From an uncultured Candidatus Saccharibacteria bacterium (GTDB lineage Bacteria > Patescibacteriota > Minisyncoccia > Phycocordibacterales > UBA918): DNA of 64,000 nt. The notes under the pieces were generated by a model. That model saw only the letters and a list, made by a program, of their open reading frames with translations. It did not search any database and was not told the origin of the DNA. Position numbers and translations under genes: made by a program. The stretch spans positions 18,696-82,695 of the forward strand of contig CAYGTV010000001.1 of NCBI GenBank assembly GCA_964353135.1, read 5' to 3'. Below, in pieces: positions 19,686 to 29,534 of the stretch; positions within the stretch are counted from its first letter, which is position 1, and every line of letters starts with the position of its first letter.

Positions 19686-20849
19686 ATGCCACAAGAACCA
19701 CAAATCTCAGGAATGTCAGCACGCCGAAGAATGGTATTTTTCTGGGGACTGGTTATGGTGTTTTTGTTCGCACTACCGGTAATGATTTTTTACACGACGG
19801 GTTATCGCCTGACGTTTGAAGAAGATGCTGCAACTATGGTGGTAACTACTGGTGGGGTGTACGTATCTACTCAGAGTACTGACGTAGAAGTGTTTTTGGA
19901 CGAAGAGCAGATTGAACGGCCACGTTTGTTTAGGAGCGCGTATTACATTCAAAACATTGATGCTGGCTTGCGCCGGGTAGTGGTGCAAGGAGAGGGACTG
20001 CAGACATGGGTAAAAGAAATCCCGGTTGACTCGCGGATTGTAACAGAAGCAGCAGCATTTAATTTGCCTGCAACGCCCCAACTTCGACCCGTGACAGAAT
20101 TCCAAACAGTGACCGGCGAAGCGGTATTTTTTGCAAGCTCTACTCCAACTAGACTGTTTGCAAACGCGACCTCTACGCAGGATTTTATTGTCTCTACAAC
20201 GAGTCGTACTACAGGGTATGTGTTAAATCCAGAACATGAATTTGTAGTTAGTCTGTTTGGCACAAGCACCGCGACGTCAACCTCGATTTTTGCTGACTTT
20301 TTACGTGATATGGATCGGTTTAGGTTTGTAACTCCCGAGGAAGAAGTATCCACGACCTCTACCACCACCCCAGAAATAATTGAACGAAACAACATCCAGT
20401 TAGTTGCTCGTGGGTTAGAGCTGTTTGCTGTTTGGCGGGGTGAACCCAATGATGTCCCGTATTATTTCTGTGTCAGTAGTTCAACTCTTGCTAGTACTAG
20501 TGAACGGTATGGTGAGCACGTTGCAGACGCGATTTTTTCACAACTTGGAACCACTACGGCAACCTCAACTTTGGTGACAGTTGACGATCGAATGTGCCGA
20601 ACTGAAATCAAATTGGATCGGCTTCGCCAAGATGTGTACTTGTACGATTTCTTCCCAGGTTCGTCTGACTTGGTGCTGCTACAGCTAGAAAATGGTTTGT
20701 ACGTGACGGAAATCGACGACCGGTCATGGCAAAACTCGCAACTGTTGTACCCGGGCACAAACTTTAGAACGATTATTGAAAACGGCTTGATCTATATTGA
20801 GCAAGGTAACGACTACTTTGAAATTATCCCTGAAATTGAAGCAAATTAA
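19686..20849 (+). CDS. PEGA-domain-like membrane-anchored protein
   Basis: N-terminal TM then YTTGYR..TGGVYV..VFLD..G.QTWVK; Thr/Ser-rich middle; VTEIDDR C-terminal motif. Confidence 0.6.
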   Translation: MPQEPQISGMSARRRMVFFWGLVMVFLFALPVMIFYTTGYRLTFEEDAATMVVTTGGVYVSTQSTDVEVFLDEEQIERPRLFRSAYYIQNIDAGLRRVVVQGEGLQTWVKEIPVDSRIVTEAAAFNLPATPQLRPVTEFQTVTGEAVFFASSTPTRLFANATSTQDFIVSTTSRTTGYVLNPEHEFVVSLFGTSTATSTSIFADFLRDMDRFRFVTPEEEVSTTSTTTPEIIERNNIQLVARGLELFAVWRGEPNDVPYYFCVSSSTLASTSERYGEHVADAIFSQLGTTTATSTLVTVDDRMCRTEIKLDRLRQDVYLYDFFPGSSDLVLLQLENGLYVTEIDDRSWQNSQLLYPGTNFRTIIENGLIYIEQGNDYFEIIPEIEAN

Positions 20850-20872
20850 GCATAGTGCTAGACTACAAATCT

Positions 20873-21595
20873 ATGAACAACCAACCTGGACACCAACATC
20901 CACTTACTCAAATGATTGACGAAATCAATCATATTTTTGCCGAGATCGGTTTTGTGTTTGCTGAAGGTCCAGAAGCGGAAACCGAGCACTACAATTTCGA
21001 TCAGTTAAATGTACCCAAAGACCATCCGTCGCGCGATATGCAGGATACGTTTTGGTTCAAAGATGCAGACGTGGCAGAACCAACTGTGCTGCGTACCCAT
21101 ACCAGTCCGGTTCAAGCTCGATATATGGAGAAACATGGCGCACCATGCAAAATTATCGTTCCTGGAAAAGTGTTTAGAAACGAAACAACTGACGCCACTC
21201 ACGAAGCGCAGTTTTACCAGTTAGAGGGATTACATATCGACAAAGGAATTCACCTTGGTCATCTAAAAGGCACTCTTGAATATTTCTTTTCAAAATTCTT
21301 TAGTGGGAAAACCGAAGTACGTTTTAGGCCGAGTTTCTTCCCGTTTGTTGAGCCTGGAGTAGAGGTCGATATGCGACTGCTCGAAGGTGACAGTAAACTA
21401 GCTGGAAAATGGATCGAAGTGATGGGGGCTGGGATGGTGCACCCAAACGTACTAACAGCAGCTGGTGTAAATCCTGATGAATTCTCTGGCTACGCATTTG
21501 GCATGGGTATCGATCGGCTCGGTGTGATGAAATACGGAGTAGAAGATGTACGAGATTTTTATACAGGAGACCTTCGGTTCGTTAATCAATTTTAA
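20873..21595 (+). CDS. pheS: Phenylalanine-tRNA ligase alpha subunit (lacks N-terminal coiled coil)
   Basis: GHQHP, NFD.LN.P.DHPSRDMQDTF, LRTHTS, FRPSFFPFVEP, FGMGIDR. Confidence 0.97.
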   Translation: MNNQPGHQHPLTQMIDEINHIFAEIGFVFAEGPEAETEHYNFDQLNVPKDHPSRDMQDTFWFKDADVAEPTVLRTHTSPVQARYMEKHGAPCKIIVPGKVFRNETTDATHEAQFYQLEGLHIDKGIHLGHLKGTLEYFFSKFFSGKTEVRFRPSFFPFVEPGVEVDMRLLEGDSKLAGKWIEVMGAGMVHPNVLTAAGVNPDEFSGYAFGMGIDRLGVMKYGVEDVRDFYTGDLRFVNQF

Positions 21596-21597
21596 TT

Positions 21598-22245
21598 ATG
21601 ATCGTTATTACAGGAGCGAGCGATGGTTTAGGTATAGAAGTAGCAAAACTATATAAAGAAGCAGGGAAACAGGTAGTTAATTTGTCACGTCGAGAATGTG
21701 AGTACGCAGACGTTAATATCTGTGGATCTTTGAGTGAAGGAGACGGGATTATCTCAGCAGCAAAACAGGTCTTGCAGTTAGACGGAAAACTTGAGGCAAT
21801 TGTGAATTGTATTGGTGTATTTTCTAAGCAAGGCTTTGGAAATCTCGAAGAAGACGAAATCAAAAGACTTATGTCTACCAACGTCAAAGCACCAATGCTG
21901 CTCATTTCTGAATTGATGGAACGTGTTCTCACGGATGAGACCGACATTGTGAATGTGTTATCTACAGCAGCAGTTGATGCAAAAGCAAATGAGCCTCTCT
22001 ATTCTGCATCCAAGTGGGCAGCTCGAGGAATGACTGATAGTTTGCAGAAAAAACTATGGAACACAAAGTCACGAGTAGTGAGTTTTAGTCCAGGAGGAAT
22101 GTCAACCGATTTTTTTGAAAAAGTAAACGTCGAAATCCCTAGAGATGATTTTATGGATCCGGCAGAAATAGCAAAAGCAATCAAATTCACGTTAGATTTA
22201 CCAAAAAATATTGAGGTAAGTAATATTGTGTTAAATAGGAAATAA
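21598..22245 (+). CDS. Short-chain dehydrogenase/reductase
   Basis: VITGASDGLG, YSASK (YxxxK), PGGMST.F. Confidence 0.92.
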   Translation: MIVITGASDGLGIEVAKLYKEAGKQVVNLSRRECEYADVNICGSLSEGDGIISAAKQVLQLDGKLEAIVNCIGVFSKQGFGNLEEDEIKRLMSTNVKAPMLLISELMERVLTDETDIVNVLSTAAVDAKANEPLYSASKWAARGMTDSLQKKLWNTKSRVVSFSPGGMSTDFFEKVNVEIPRDDFMDPAEIAKAIKFTLDLPKNIEVSNIVLNRK

Positions 22246-22247
22246 AT

Positions 22248-24200
22248 ATGATCGTAAACTACAACTGGCTCAAAGAATACGTGGGAGAAAAACTTCCTGA
22301 ACCGTCAAAGGTGGAAGAGCTTTTAACTGAGCATGCGTTTGAAATCGAAGGAGTAGAAGAGGTCGCTGGTGAAACGGTAATCGATGTCGATGTGCTACCA
22401 AACCGTTCGTCTGACTGTTTGTGTCACCGGGGGATTGCTCGAGAGCTCGCTACTATCCTAGATATACAGCTTGAAAAAGATCCGTTAGCAACCGAACCGC
22501 AATTAGCAGAGACTGATAAAATCAGTGTAAACATCGCAGATACAGAAGCCTGTCCACGCTTTAGTGCTTCACTAGTTACAGGGATCAAAGTTGGTGAATC
22601 ACCAGAGTGGCTGAAAGTTCGCCTGGAATCACTTGGGCAACGCAGCATCAACAATATCGTCGATGCAACCAACTACGTCATGTATGCAGTAGGGCAGCCA
22701 TTGCATGCCTATGACGCAGACCTCTTTCCACAGGTAGACGGCACATGGCAGTTTGGTGTGCGGTATGGAAATGAAGGGGAGGTGGTAGAAATCCTTCCCG
22801 AAGGAGGAAGTATAGAACCTCGGCAGGTTATGTGTACAGGGACAGAGCTACTCATCGTTGATGAATCGAGCAACACACCAATTGGGCTCGCTGGCGTAAA
22901 GGGTGGGCAGTTTGCCGGTGTGCATGCAGGTACGACTAACATCATCATCGAAGCGGCTCACTTCCACCCAACTATCACAAGAAAAACAGCTCGCCGGCTG
23001 GGGATCGTTATCGATGCTTCTAAGCGATTTGAAAATGAATGCGCGCGGGAACTGCCACCGTACGCCCAGTTTGAAATCATCAAACTCATCAAACAAATCG
23101 CTGGTGGAGAATATCAGGGGACAATTGATGTCTATGCAGAAGAAAAAAAGAATCCTGCTGTTGACCTGAGAGTGTCAAAAACCAATGCGCTCCTTGGGCT
23201 TGAATTAACCCAAGCTCAAATTAAAGATATTATTTTGCGAACAGGCAGCACGGTAGAAGAAAAAAAACCAGGAACACTTGCATGTACTGGTCCCTGGGAA
23301 CGAACCGACCTGTTGATCGAAGAAGACTTTATTGAAGAAGTGGGTCGTCTGTATGGACTATCTAACATCATTTCGATCGTGCCTGGTACAGACACTGTGC
23401 CAGCAGTAAATCCGCGACAGCACTACTCAGAAAAGATTCGACAGACACTGCTTGGTCTAGGGTTTTCTGAAGTCATCACCTCGTCTTTTCAGAAAAAAGA
23501 TAAAATCCAACTGCGTAACGCTCTTGCTAGTGATAAGTCGTACATCCGCAGCACTCTGGCAAAAAACATGCACCAAGTCCTGGATGCAAACTTCTCACAC
23601 ACGGACCTATTAGGTATTCGTTCAGTCCAAGCATTTGAAATTGGAACTGTGTTTGAAAAGACTGAAAGTGGAGTAGGAGAACATTTGTCACTCGCGATTG
23701 GAGTACGACAAAAAGGGGGAGGCTATACTCCAAAAGACGACGCACCACTTCAGGCAGCTATAGCAGAACTGCAAGAAACACTCGGAGCAGATACTCCAGC
23801 TAACTGGAGTATCGAGAAGGGAGTAGCCGAAGTCAGCTTGTCTGAAGTAATTGATTCACTCCCAGTTCCTGAATCATATGAAGCGCAGGTAGAGCGAGTA
23901 GCTTCTACCTACAGTCCTGTCTCACCTTATCCAGCCATGGCTCGCGACATCGCACTTTGGGTTTCAAATTCTCCGGGGGAGGATTTGAAAAATGATGTGT
24001 TGCAGACTTTAGAAAGTGCTGCTGGTGACCTATGTGTCCGCATTGATCTATTTGATGAATTCACCAAAGACGGCCGAACTTCGTATGCCTTCCGACTAGT
24101 GTTCCAAGCATCTGACCGTACGTTAACTGACACCGAGGTGGGAGAAGTAATGGAAGAAATAAACAGTGTAGTGCGAGATAATAAATGGGAAGTCAGATAG
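22248..24200 (+). CDS. pheT: Phenylalanine-tRNA ligase beta subunit (reduced, no B2 OB domain)
   Basis: YNWLKEY, PNRSDCL, INNIVDATNY, GQPLHAYD, DL.IEEDFIEEVGR, C-terminal FDX-ACB domain. Confidence 0.96.
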   Translation: MIVNYNWLKEYVGEKLPEPSKVEELLTEHAFEIEGVEEVAGETVIDVDVLPNRSSDCLCHRGIARELATILDIQLEKDPLATEPQLAETDKISVNIADTEACPRFSASLVTGIKVGESPEWLKVRLESLGQRSINNIVDATNYVMYAVGQPLHAYDADLFPQVDGTWQFGVRYGNEGEVVEILPEGGSIEPRQVMCTGTELLIVDESSNTPIGLAGVKGGQFAGVHAGTTNIIIEAAHFHPTITRKTARRLGIVIDASKRFENECARELPPYAQFEIIKLIKQIAGGEYQGTIDVYAEEKKNPAVDLRVSKTNALLGLELTQAQIKDIILRTGSTVEEKKPGTLACTGPWERTDLLIEEDFIEEVGRLYGLSNIISIVPGTDTVPAVNPRQHYSEKIRQTLLGLGFSEVITSSFQKKDKIQLRNALASDKSYIRSTLAKNMHQVLDANFSHTDLLGIRSVQAFEIGTVFEKTESGVGEHLSLAIGVRQKGGGYTPKDDAPLQAAIAELQETLGADTPANWSIEKGVAEVSLSEVIDSLPVPESYEAQVERVASTYSPVSPYPAMARDIALWVSNSPGEDLKNDVLQTLESAAGDLCVRIDLFDEFTKDGRTSYAFRLVFQASDRTLTDTEVGEVMEEINSVVRDNKWEVR

Positions 24201-24290
24201 TCAAAAGGTCTAGTAATTCTGTCTGGGCTTAAAGCCAGAATTGAGACATAAATTCAGAATAGTCGTTCACTCCTTTCTTCATTTAAAACG

Positions 24291-24371
24291 ACGCTCACTG
24301 ATGAGACAGTGAACGCCGTGATGGAACAGGTGAATAGTGCAGCAGAAGAACGTGGTTGGGAGGTGCTCTAA
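24291..24371 (+). pseudogene. Remnant second copy of the pheT 3' end
   Basis: TLTDETVNAVMEQVNSAAEERGWEVL* aligns without gaps to the PheT end TLTDTEVGEVMEEINSVVRDNKWEVR* (13/26 identical). Confidence 0.8.
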
Positions 24372-24610
24372 CTCATAGTGGTAATAAGAAGTGATTCTTC
24401 CTTTGTCACAAGTTGCACAGCACAGCCTTTCCATAGCCAGTCCAGAGCTATTGTTTGGAGGTTCAAAGGATCGTCTGGCTTTAGCTCGTCAGGAGTAACA
24501 TCTGCACGACTTAAATTAGCAAACAATACTAATTTTAGTCGATCGACGTCAGCTTCTGTCTGAAAAACCGCTAACAAATATTTTCCTTCTGCATTGATTG
24601 TATTCGTCAT
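24368..24610 (-). CDS. Hypothetical protein (80 aa ORFan)
   Basis: ATG with upstream AAGGAAGG; fills the pheT-gyrB gap. Confidence 0.5.
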   Translation of the reverse strand: MTNTINAEGKYLLAVFQTEADVDRLKLVLFANLSRADVTPDELKPDDPLNLQTIALDWLWKGCAVQLVTKEESLLITTMS

Positions 24611-24725
24611 CAGAATCTACCTTCCTTTATGGGTCGCTTTTCTCAAAATACTACAGTTTTCAACACTGCACAAGTCCGAATTAATGTTATAATAGCTGCA
24701 TTATTTAGCTTATTCACTATTCCGC

Positions 24726-26810
24726 ATGCCAGAGAAAAAACCAGCCAAAAAGAAAGAAAAAGGATATGACGCGTCGTCCATCTCGGTCCTTGAAGGACTA
24801 GAGCCAGTACGAAAGCGTCCTGGTATGTATATCGGGACCACTGGCCCTGAGGGACTACACCACATGATCTGGGAAATCTTCGACAACTCGCGCGATGAGG
24901 CGATGGGTGGGTTTGCTGATCGAGTAGAGGTAACGCTGCTTCCAGATAACTACATCCGGGTAGTCGACAACGGTCGGGGGATCCCGGTTGATATTCACAA
25001 ACAAACCAAAGTCTCGGCACTTGAAACAATCATGTGTACCCTGCATGCCGGAGGAAAGTTTGGTGGTGACGATTCAGGCTACAAGGTTTCTGGGGGTCTT
25101 CACGGTGTGGGTATTTCGGTGGTAAACGCATTGTCGACTCATACACGGGTAGACGTGCACAAGGATGGTGATCACTACGTCCAGGAATACAACATCGGTA
25201 TCGCTAAAGCCCGGGTGAAAAAACTTGGTAAAACTAAACACAACGGAACGATTGTGATGTTCCAAGCTGACCCGACTATTTTCCCGGAAATTAAATTTGA
25301 ATGGAAGAAAATCGTCAACCACTTGCGGCAGCAGGCGTACTTAGTAAAAGGGATGCGGATGAGCGTGATTGATGCACGTGAGAGTGACGCTAAATTAGAT
25401 GCAAAATCACTCGAGGACACCATTTACCTAGGTGATAGTCATTTGTCTGTACCGCACCAAACCTTCTACTTTGAAGGTGGTCTACGGTCGCTAGTGGCTT
25501 TCAATAACTCATACCAAAAGCCAGTCCATAAAAATATTTTCTACGTAGAAAAAAATGACGTGTCACCAGAAGTGCTGACAGTTGAAGTCGCGCTGCAGTA
25601 TGTGGACGACATATCTCCTCGTATCACTGCGTTTGCCAACAACATCTACAACCCAGAACACGGAACCCATATCACTGGTTTTAAAACTGCGTTGACCCGA
25701 ACCCTCAATAACTACGCCAAGAAAGGAAACTTTTTCTCAGTCAAAGATAAAGATGCCGGTTTTACTGGAGACGACGTACTAGAAGGAATTACTGCCGTGG
25801 TTTCGGTTAAAATGCCTGAGATCCAATTCGAGGGCCAGACAAAGGCTAAACTCGGTTCAGTCGAGGCGCGAGGAGCAACCGAAAGTGTGTTTGCAGAAGC
25901 TTTTGCTGCGTTTCTAGAAGAAAACCCAGACGACGCCAAAGCGATGATCAACAAGGTGATCCTTGCGGTAAAAGCACGAAAAGCAGCCAAAGCAGCCAAA
26001 GATTCTGTACTGCGTAAGGGTGCCCTTGAAGGGATGTCGCTACCAGGAAAACTGGCCGACTGTCAGAGTAAAAAAGCAGAAGATAGTGAACTGTTTATCG
26101 TAGAGGGAGACTCAGCTGGAGGATCAGCGAAAATGGGTCGTGACCGAAAGACTCAAGCGATTTTGCCATTGCGAGGAAAAATTCTCAACGTTGAACGAGC
26201 ACGAATCGACAAGATGCTCGCGAGTGAACAGATCAAAAACCTCGTGATTGCGCTGGGAACCGCTATCGGTGATGTGTTTGATGTATCTAAACTGCGATAC
26301 CACAAAATCATCATCGCCACTGACGCGGACGTCGACGGGGCACACATCCGGACCCTACTTTTGACGCTTTTCTTCCGCTACTTCCGACAGCTGATTGATG
26401 AAGGGTACGTATACATCGCGATGCCGCCGCTATACAAAATCCAAAAAGGAAAGGAAACTCGTTATGCTTACACCGAAGATGAAAAATTTGCAGTCCTAAA
26501 AGATATGGGAGAAGAAGTGACTGATGAAATCGACGAGAGTTCCGATGAGGAAGGGGAGGATGATGATGCAGAGGTGGTTGCCAAAAAAGGTGGAAAGGCT
26601 CGTATTCAGCGGTACAAAGGTCTGGGAGAAATGAACGCCGAGGAGCTTGGTGAAACAACCATGAACATCAACAACCGAATCCTCAAGCAAGTAACGATCG
26701 ATGACGCGCTGGCAGCTGACAAGGTGTTTGATATCTTGATGGGGACAGATGTACCGTCGCGAAAATCCTTTATTCAGAACAACGCCAAAACAGCAAATCT
26801 GGATATTTAA
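24726..26810 (+). CDS. gyrB: DNA gyrase subunit B
   Basis: LEGLEPVRKRPGMYIG, DNGRGIP, GGLHGVG, VEGDSAGG, PLRGK, DADVDG, QRYKGLGEM. Confidence 0.98.
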   Translation: MPEKKPAKKKEKGYDASSISVLEGLEPVRKRPGMYIGTTGPEGLHHMIWEIFDNSRDEAMGGFADRVEVTLLPDNYIRVVDNGRGIPVDIHKQTKVSALETIMCTLHAGGKFGGDDSGYKVSGGLHGVGISVVNALSTHTRVDVHKDGDHYVQEYNIGIAKARVKKLGKTKHNGTIVMFQADPTIFPEIKFEWKKIVNHLRQQAYLVKGMRMSVIDARESDAKLDAKSLEDTIYLGDSHLSVPHQTFYFEGGLRSLVAFNNSYQKPVHKNIFYVEKNDVSPEVLTVEVALQYVDDISPRITAFANNIYNPEHGTHITGFKTALTRTLNNYAKKGNFFSVKDKDAGFTGDDVLEGITAVVSVKMPEIQFEGQTKAKLGSVEARGATESVFAEAFAAFLEENPDDAKAMINKVILAVKARKAAKAAKDSVLRKGALEGMSLPGKLADCQSKKAEDSELFIVEGDSAGGSAKMGRDRKTQAILPLRGKILNVERARIDKMLASEQIKNLVIALGTAIGDVFDVSKLRYHKIIIATDADVDGAHIRTLLLTLFFRYFRQLIDEGYVYIAMPPLYKIQKGKETRYAYTEDEKFAVLKDMGEEVTDEIDESSDEEGEDDDAEVVAKKGGKARIQRYKGLGEMNAEELGETTMNINNRILKQVTIDDALAADKVFDILMGTDVPSRKSFIQNNAKTANLDI

Positions 26811-26918
26811 AAGCTGTACTTTGTTGGACTGCGAAAAAAGCCGCTCACTGGACACTTGTCCCATTCGCGGCTTTTTGCATGCCCGCCGCATACAGTAATT
26901 TAAATATCCAGATTTGCT
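26792..26918. repeat. Long palindromic element (REP/ERIC-like) overlapping the gyrB 3' end
   Basis: Perfect 20-bp outer IR 26792-26811/26899-26918; inner AAAAAGCCGC-TCACTGGACACTTGTCCCATTC-GCGGCTTTTT. Confidence 0.85.
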
Positions 26919-26936
26919 ATCAGGACTTCAAAATAC

Positions 26937-26972
26937 AAACAAAGACCGCGTCTTGGGACGCGGTCTTTGTTT
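26937..26972. terminator. Bidirectional terminator
   Basis: AAACAAAGACCGCGTC-TTGG-GACGCGGTCTTTGTTT. Confidence 0.85.
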
Positions 26973-26985
26973 AAAGAGTTAGTTG

Positions 26986-28050
26986 CTAGTTAGCAAATGT
27001 CACTCGTTGTTCGAATGCATCGTTTCGACTGTTTCGGTCGGTTGATTCGTCAACAGAAACTTCAAATGTATGAGAAGCGTCAGATCCGGCTGCAAAGCCA
27101 ATCGTGAGTACTGCTCGTTCATTTGGTTTTAGTGGGACTTGGACTGGTGAGTTGTACGTACCACCATTTGGAAGTGACACCTCAAATGTCCAGTTGCTAG
27201 AAGTCTTGGTCCCAAAGTTCTTGACTGAGAATTGGATTGCTCCACCTTCGTTAGCCTCTACTGTGCCTGGGACAAACCGGTTGCTTACTATATCACCAAC
27301 AGCGATAAACGAAGTCGATAGGTCTGTGACACCATTTGGGTCAGAAGTAGGGATTTCGTATACAAATTCCTGTTCAAACACTGGTGTGCTTGGCGTTGGT
27401 GTAACTGGAGTGATCACCGCTGGTGTCTCTGGTTCTGGTACGGCTGGCACTTCAGGTTCTACTACTACTTCGTTGGTGAGTTCACCTGAGTCAGTATTAA
27501 ATACAAATCCATTTACTTCCTCGTTGATGATAGTTACCACGTCTGAACCCATTGCTCGTGGTTCGGTGTCGTTTGTTGATAGAAATCCAACACTATATGT
27601 GACGTCAGTGTATCGATTTTTTTCAGATTCAATAGCTACAGTGAGTGATGTTACATCACCGACATTGTAATTTGTGTCACACGCTAGCTGTCGTTCAACA
27701 GTTCCTTCAATTTGGTTGACAGCAACTCCATCAATACAGTCATAGGCAAACACGTATGATCCCCTGGCGTTGGCTGATTCCCATTCAATATCAAGCGCTT
27801 CACCTGTTTTCATGAGTGACGTGTTGCTAGTGACAATAATTGGTTCCATCACGTCATCCTCAACCATTGTTTCAGATGCCTGATCGACTCCTTCTGCAAG
27901 CGAAGCGAGTGATGTCAGGGCGTTAGGGAATAATTGAACTAGTTGAATTGAAAGCCAAGCTAGCAGTAGTACGATAGCGACGAATCCTGCAACAGCAAAT
28001 GTATTGAGGATCGACACTTTCTTTTGTGGTGATACGTTATTTGTTTCCAT
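26986..28050 (-). CDS. Membrane-anchored surface protein with C-terminal CARDB-like Ig domain
   Basis: N-terminal TM; Pro/Thr linker; TDLS...IQFSVKNFGTK...LKPNE...VD...D.N..ND. Confidence 0.65.
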   Translation of the reverse strand: METNNVSPQKKVSILNTFAVAGFVAIVLLLAWLSIQLVQLFPNALTSLASLAEGVDQASETMVEDDVMEPIIVTSNTSLMKTGEALDIEWESANARGSYVFAYDCIDGVAVNQIEGTVERQLACDTNYNVGDVTSLTVAIESEKNRYTDVTYSVGFLSTNDTEPRAMGSDVVTIINEEVNGFVFNTDSGELTNEVVVEPEVPAVPEPETPAVITPVTPTPSTPVFEQEFVYEIPTSDPNGVTDLSTSFIAVGDIVSNRFVPGTVEANEGGAIQFSVKNFGTKTSSNWTFEVSLPNGGTYNSPVQVPLKPNERAVLTIGFAAGSDASHTFEVSVDESTDRNSRNDAFEQRVTFAN

Positions 28051-28059
28051 AGTTGACGT

Positions 28060-28178
28060 ATAGTAGCATAGATTACACGAATGTCAACATTAAAATGTCG
28101 CTTTGTCTAGGTTGGTCATTGACGGGTAAATCTGTAGGGAAGATAAACATTGACAATTACAATAAATAGTGCTACTAT
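28060..28178. promoter_or_regulatory. Divergent twin promoters for the CARDB-like gene and sortase
   Basis: Plus strand TTGACA(28150)-17-TACTAT and minus strand TTGACA(28087)-16-TACTAT, both with TGC extension. Confidence 0.7.
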
Positions 28179-28188
28179 CCTATGCATT

Positions 28189-28884
28189 ATGCATTTTTCT
28201 GACACTGTAAAAGCCATCTGGGCTAATAAAATAAGCTTCTTTGGAGTATTCTTCATTATTTTTACCGTTCTATACACGGTACTTTTCCTAGTTGATTTTC
28301 TCCCAGAGGCACCCGAAGCTAGGCCAGCTACAACCGAAGTAACTGAAGTTGCTTCGGCTGTAGACGTTGCGCCAGTGGTAATCCAGACACCAGCGGTTGC
28401 AGAGTCAGAATTGGTAGCTGAAACAGTCGTTAGTGCATCAGCACCTGATATGCCAATTAGTATTTATATTGAACGACTCGACAAGACAATCGATGTGTTG
28501 AACCCACAATCACGATCAATTGCTGATCTCGATAACGCTCTATTGTCAGGAGTGGTGCGACACCCAGACTCTGCGACACCTAATATTGATGGAAATGTAC
28601 TGATCTTAGGACACTCTAGTTATTTGCCAAATGTTCTCAACAAGAACTTTCAGGCTTTTAACGGCGTTCAAAACCTAGAATGGGGTGATACGATCACGAT
28701 AACTTCAGAAAATGCAGTGTATACCTACCGGGTAGAGCGGGTATATGAAGCACGAGCGAGTGAAATCACCGTTCCAATTGCTGGCGACGCAAAACTACTT
28801 ACTCTAGCGACCTGTGATAGTTTTGGAAGTGTAGATGACCGTCACATCGTAGAAGCCAAGCAAATTAGCGTTGAATTGCTGTAA
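28189..28884 (+). CDS. Sortase
   Basis: N-terminal TM; GVVRHP, GNVLILGHSSY (His), L..GD.I, LTLATC (Cys), DDRHIV (Arg). Confidence 0.92.
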   Translation: MHFSDTVKAIWANKISFFGVFFIIFTVLYTVLFLVDFLPEAPEARPATTEVTEVASAVDVAPVVIQTPAVAESELVAETVVSASAPDMPISIYIERLDKTIDVLNPQSRSIADLDNALLSGVVRHPDSATPNIDGNVLILGHSSYLPNVLNKNFQAFNGVQNLEWGDTITITSENAVYTYRVERVYEARASEITVPIAGDAKLLTLATCDSFGSVDDRHIVEAKQISVELL

Positions 28885-29022
28885 AAGCGACATTTTACCT
28901 ACATATATTAGAATACAAAAGAAAGCACTTGACAAGAGTGCTTTCTTTTGCTATAGTACTAGACATAAAGAAACCAAGATCCTTAGGGCAAAGTGCTCAG
29001 ATCTTCAAACAGGAGACGCAAA

Positions 29023-29400
29023 ATGCGTATTACGACAATTTTGGCAGCAGCTGCTGTATCACTCTCTGCTTGTGCATCGTTTGATGGTTCTCGAGGCATC
29101 ACTGCTGCCTACGTCGAAGGTGATCGGGTCATTGTCGAAACGGTCTCCGGACGTATTGGCGATTTTCCAAAATATCGGATGTGCACATGGGCGCACATCA
29201 ACATCGATCAGGAGGAGAGTTACCGGCTTCGCGCTAACCGCGATTCGACCGAACGGAGTATCCTTGGGGTCACAATCGAGGGTCTCGATTGTCCGTTTGT
29301 CAAACCACGCGAAGGTTCGGGCGGCGGCGGTGTCCGGCAGACAGACTTCGTTGAAGACACAAATCCGACCAATGACCAACCATCACGTGGTCAGCAGTAG
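29023..29400 (+). CDS. Putative lipoprotein (ORFan)
   Basis: AGGAG SD; MRITTILAAAAVSLSAC lipobox; own TTGACA-17-TATAGT promoter at 28929-28957. Confidence 0.7.
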   Translation: MRITTILAAAAVSLSACASFDGSRGITAAYVEGDRVIVETVSGRIGDFPKYRMCTWAHINIDQEESYRLRANRDSTERSILGVTIEGLDCPFVKPREGSGGGGVRQTDFVEDTNPTNDQPSRGQQ

Positions 29401-29534
29401 TAAGAATACAACCCCTCCAGCAAAACATCGCTGGTGGGGTTGACTTTTTATATTATGTGTGCTAATCTTGTAGAAATCAAGTACAGGACCAAAGAGACCT
29501 TTGACTTCAAATTTTCACAGCCTTGGAGGGCATC

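Noticed and set aside
28871-29443. 190-aa ORF overlapping the lipoprotein
   Set aside because: Spans a terminator/promoter; the alternative frame has an SD, signal peptide and lipobox
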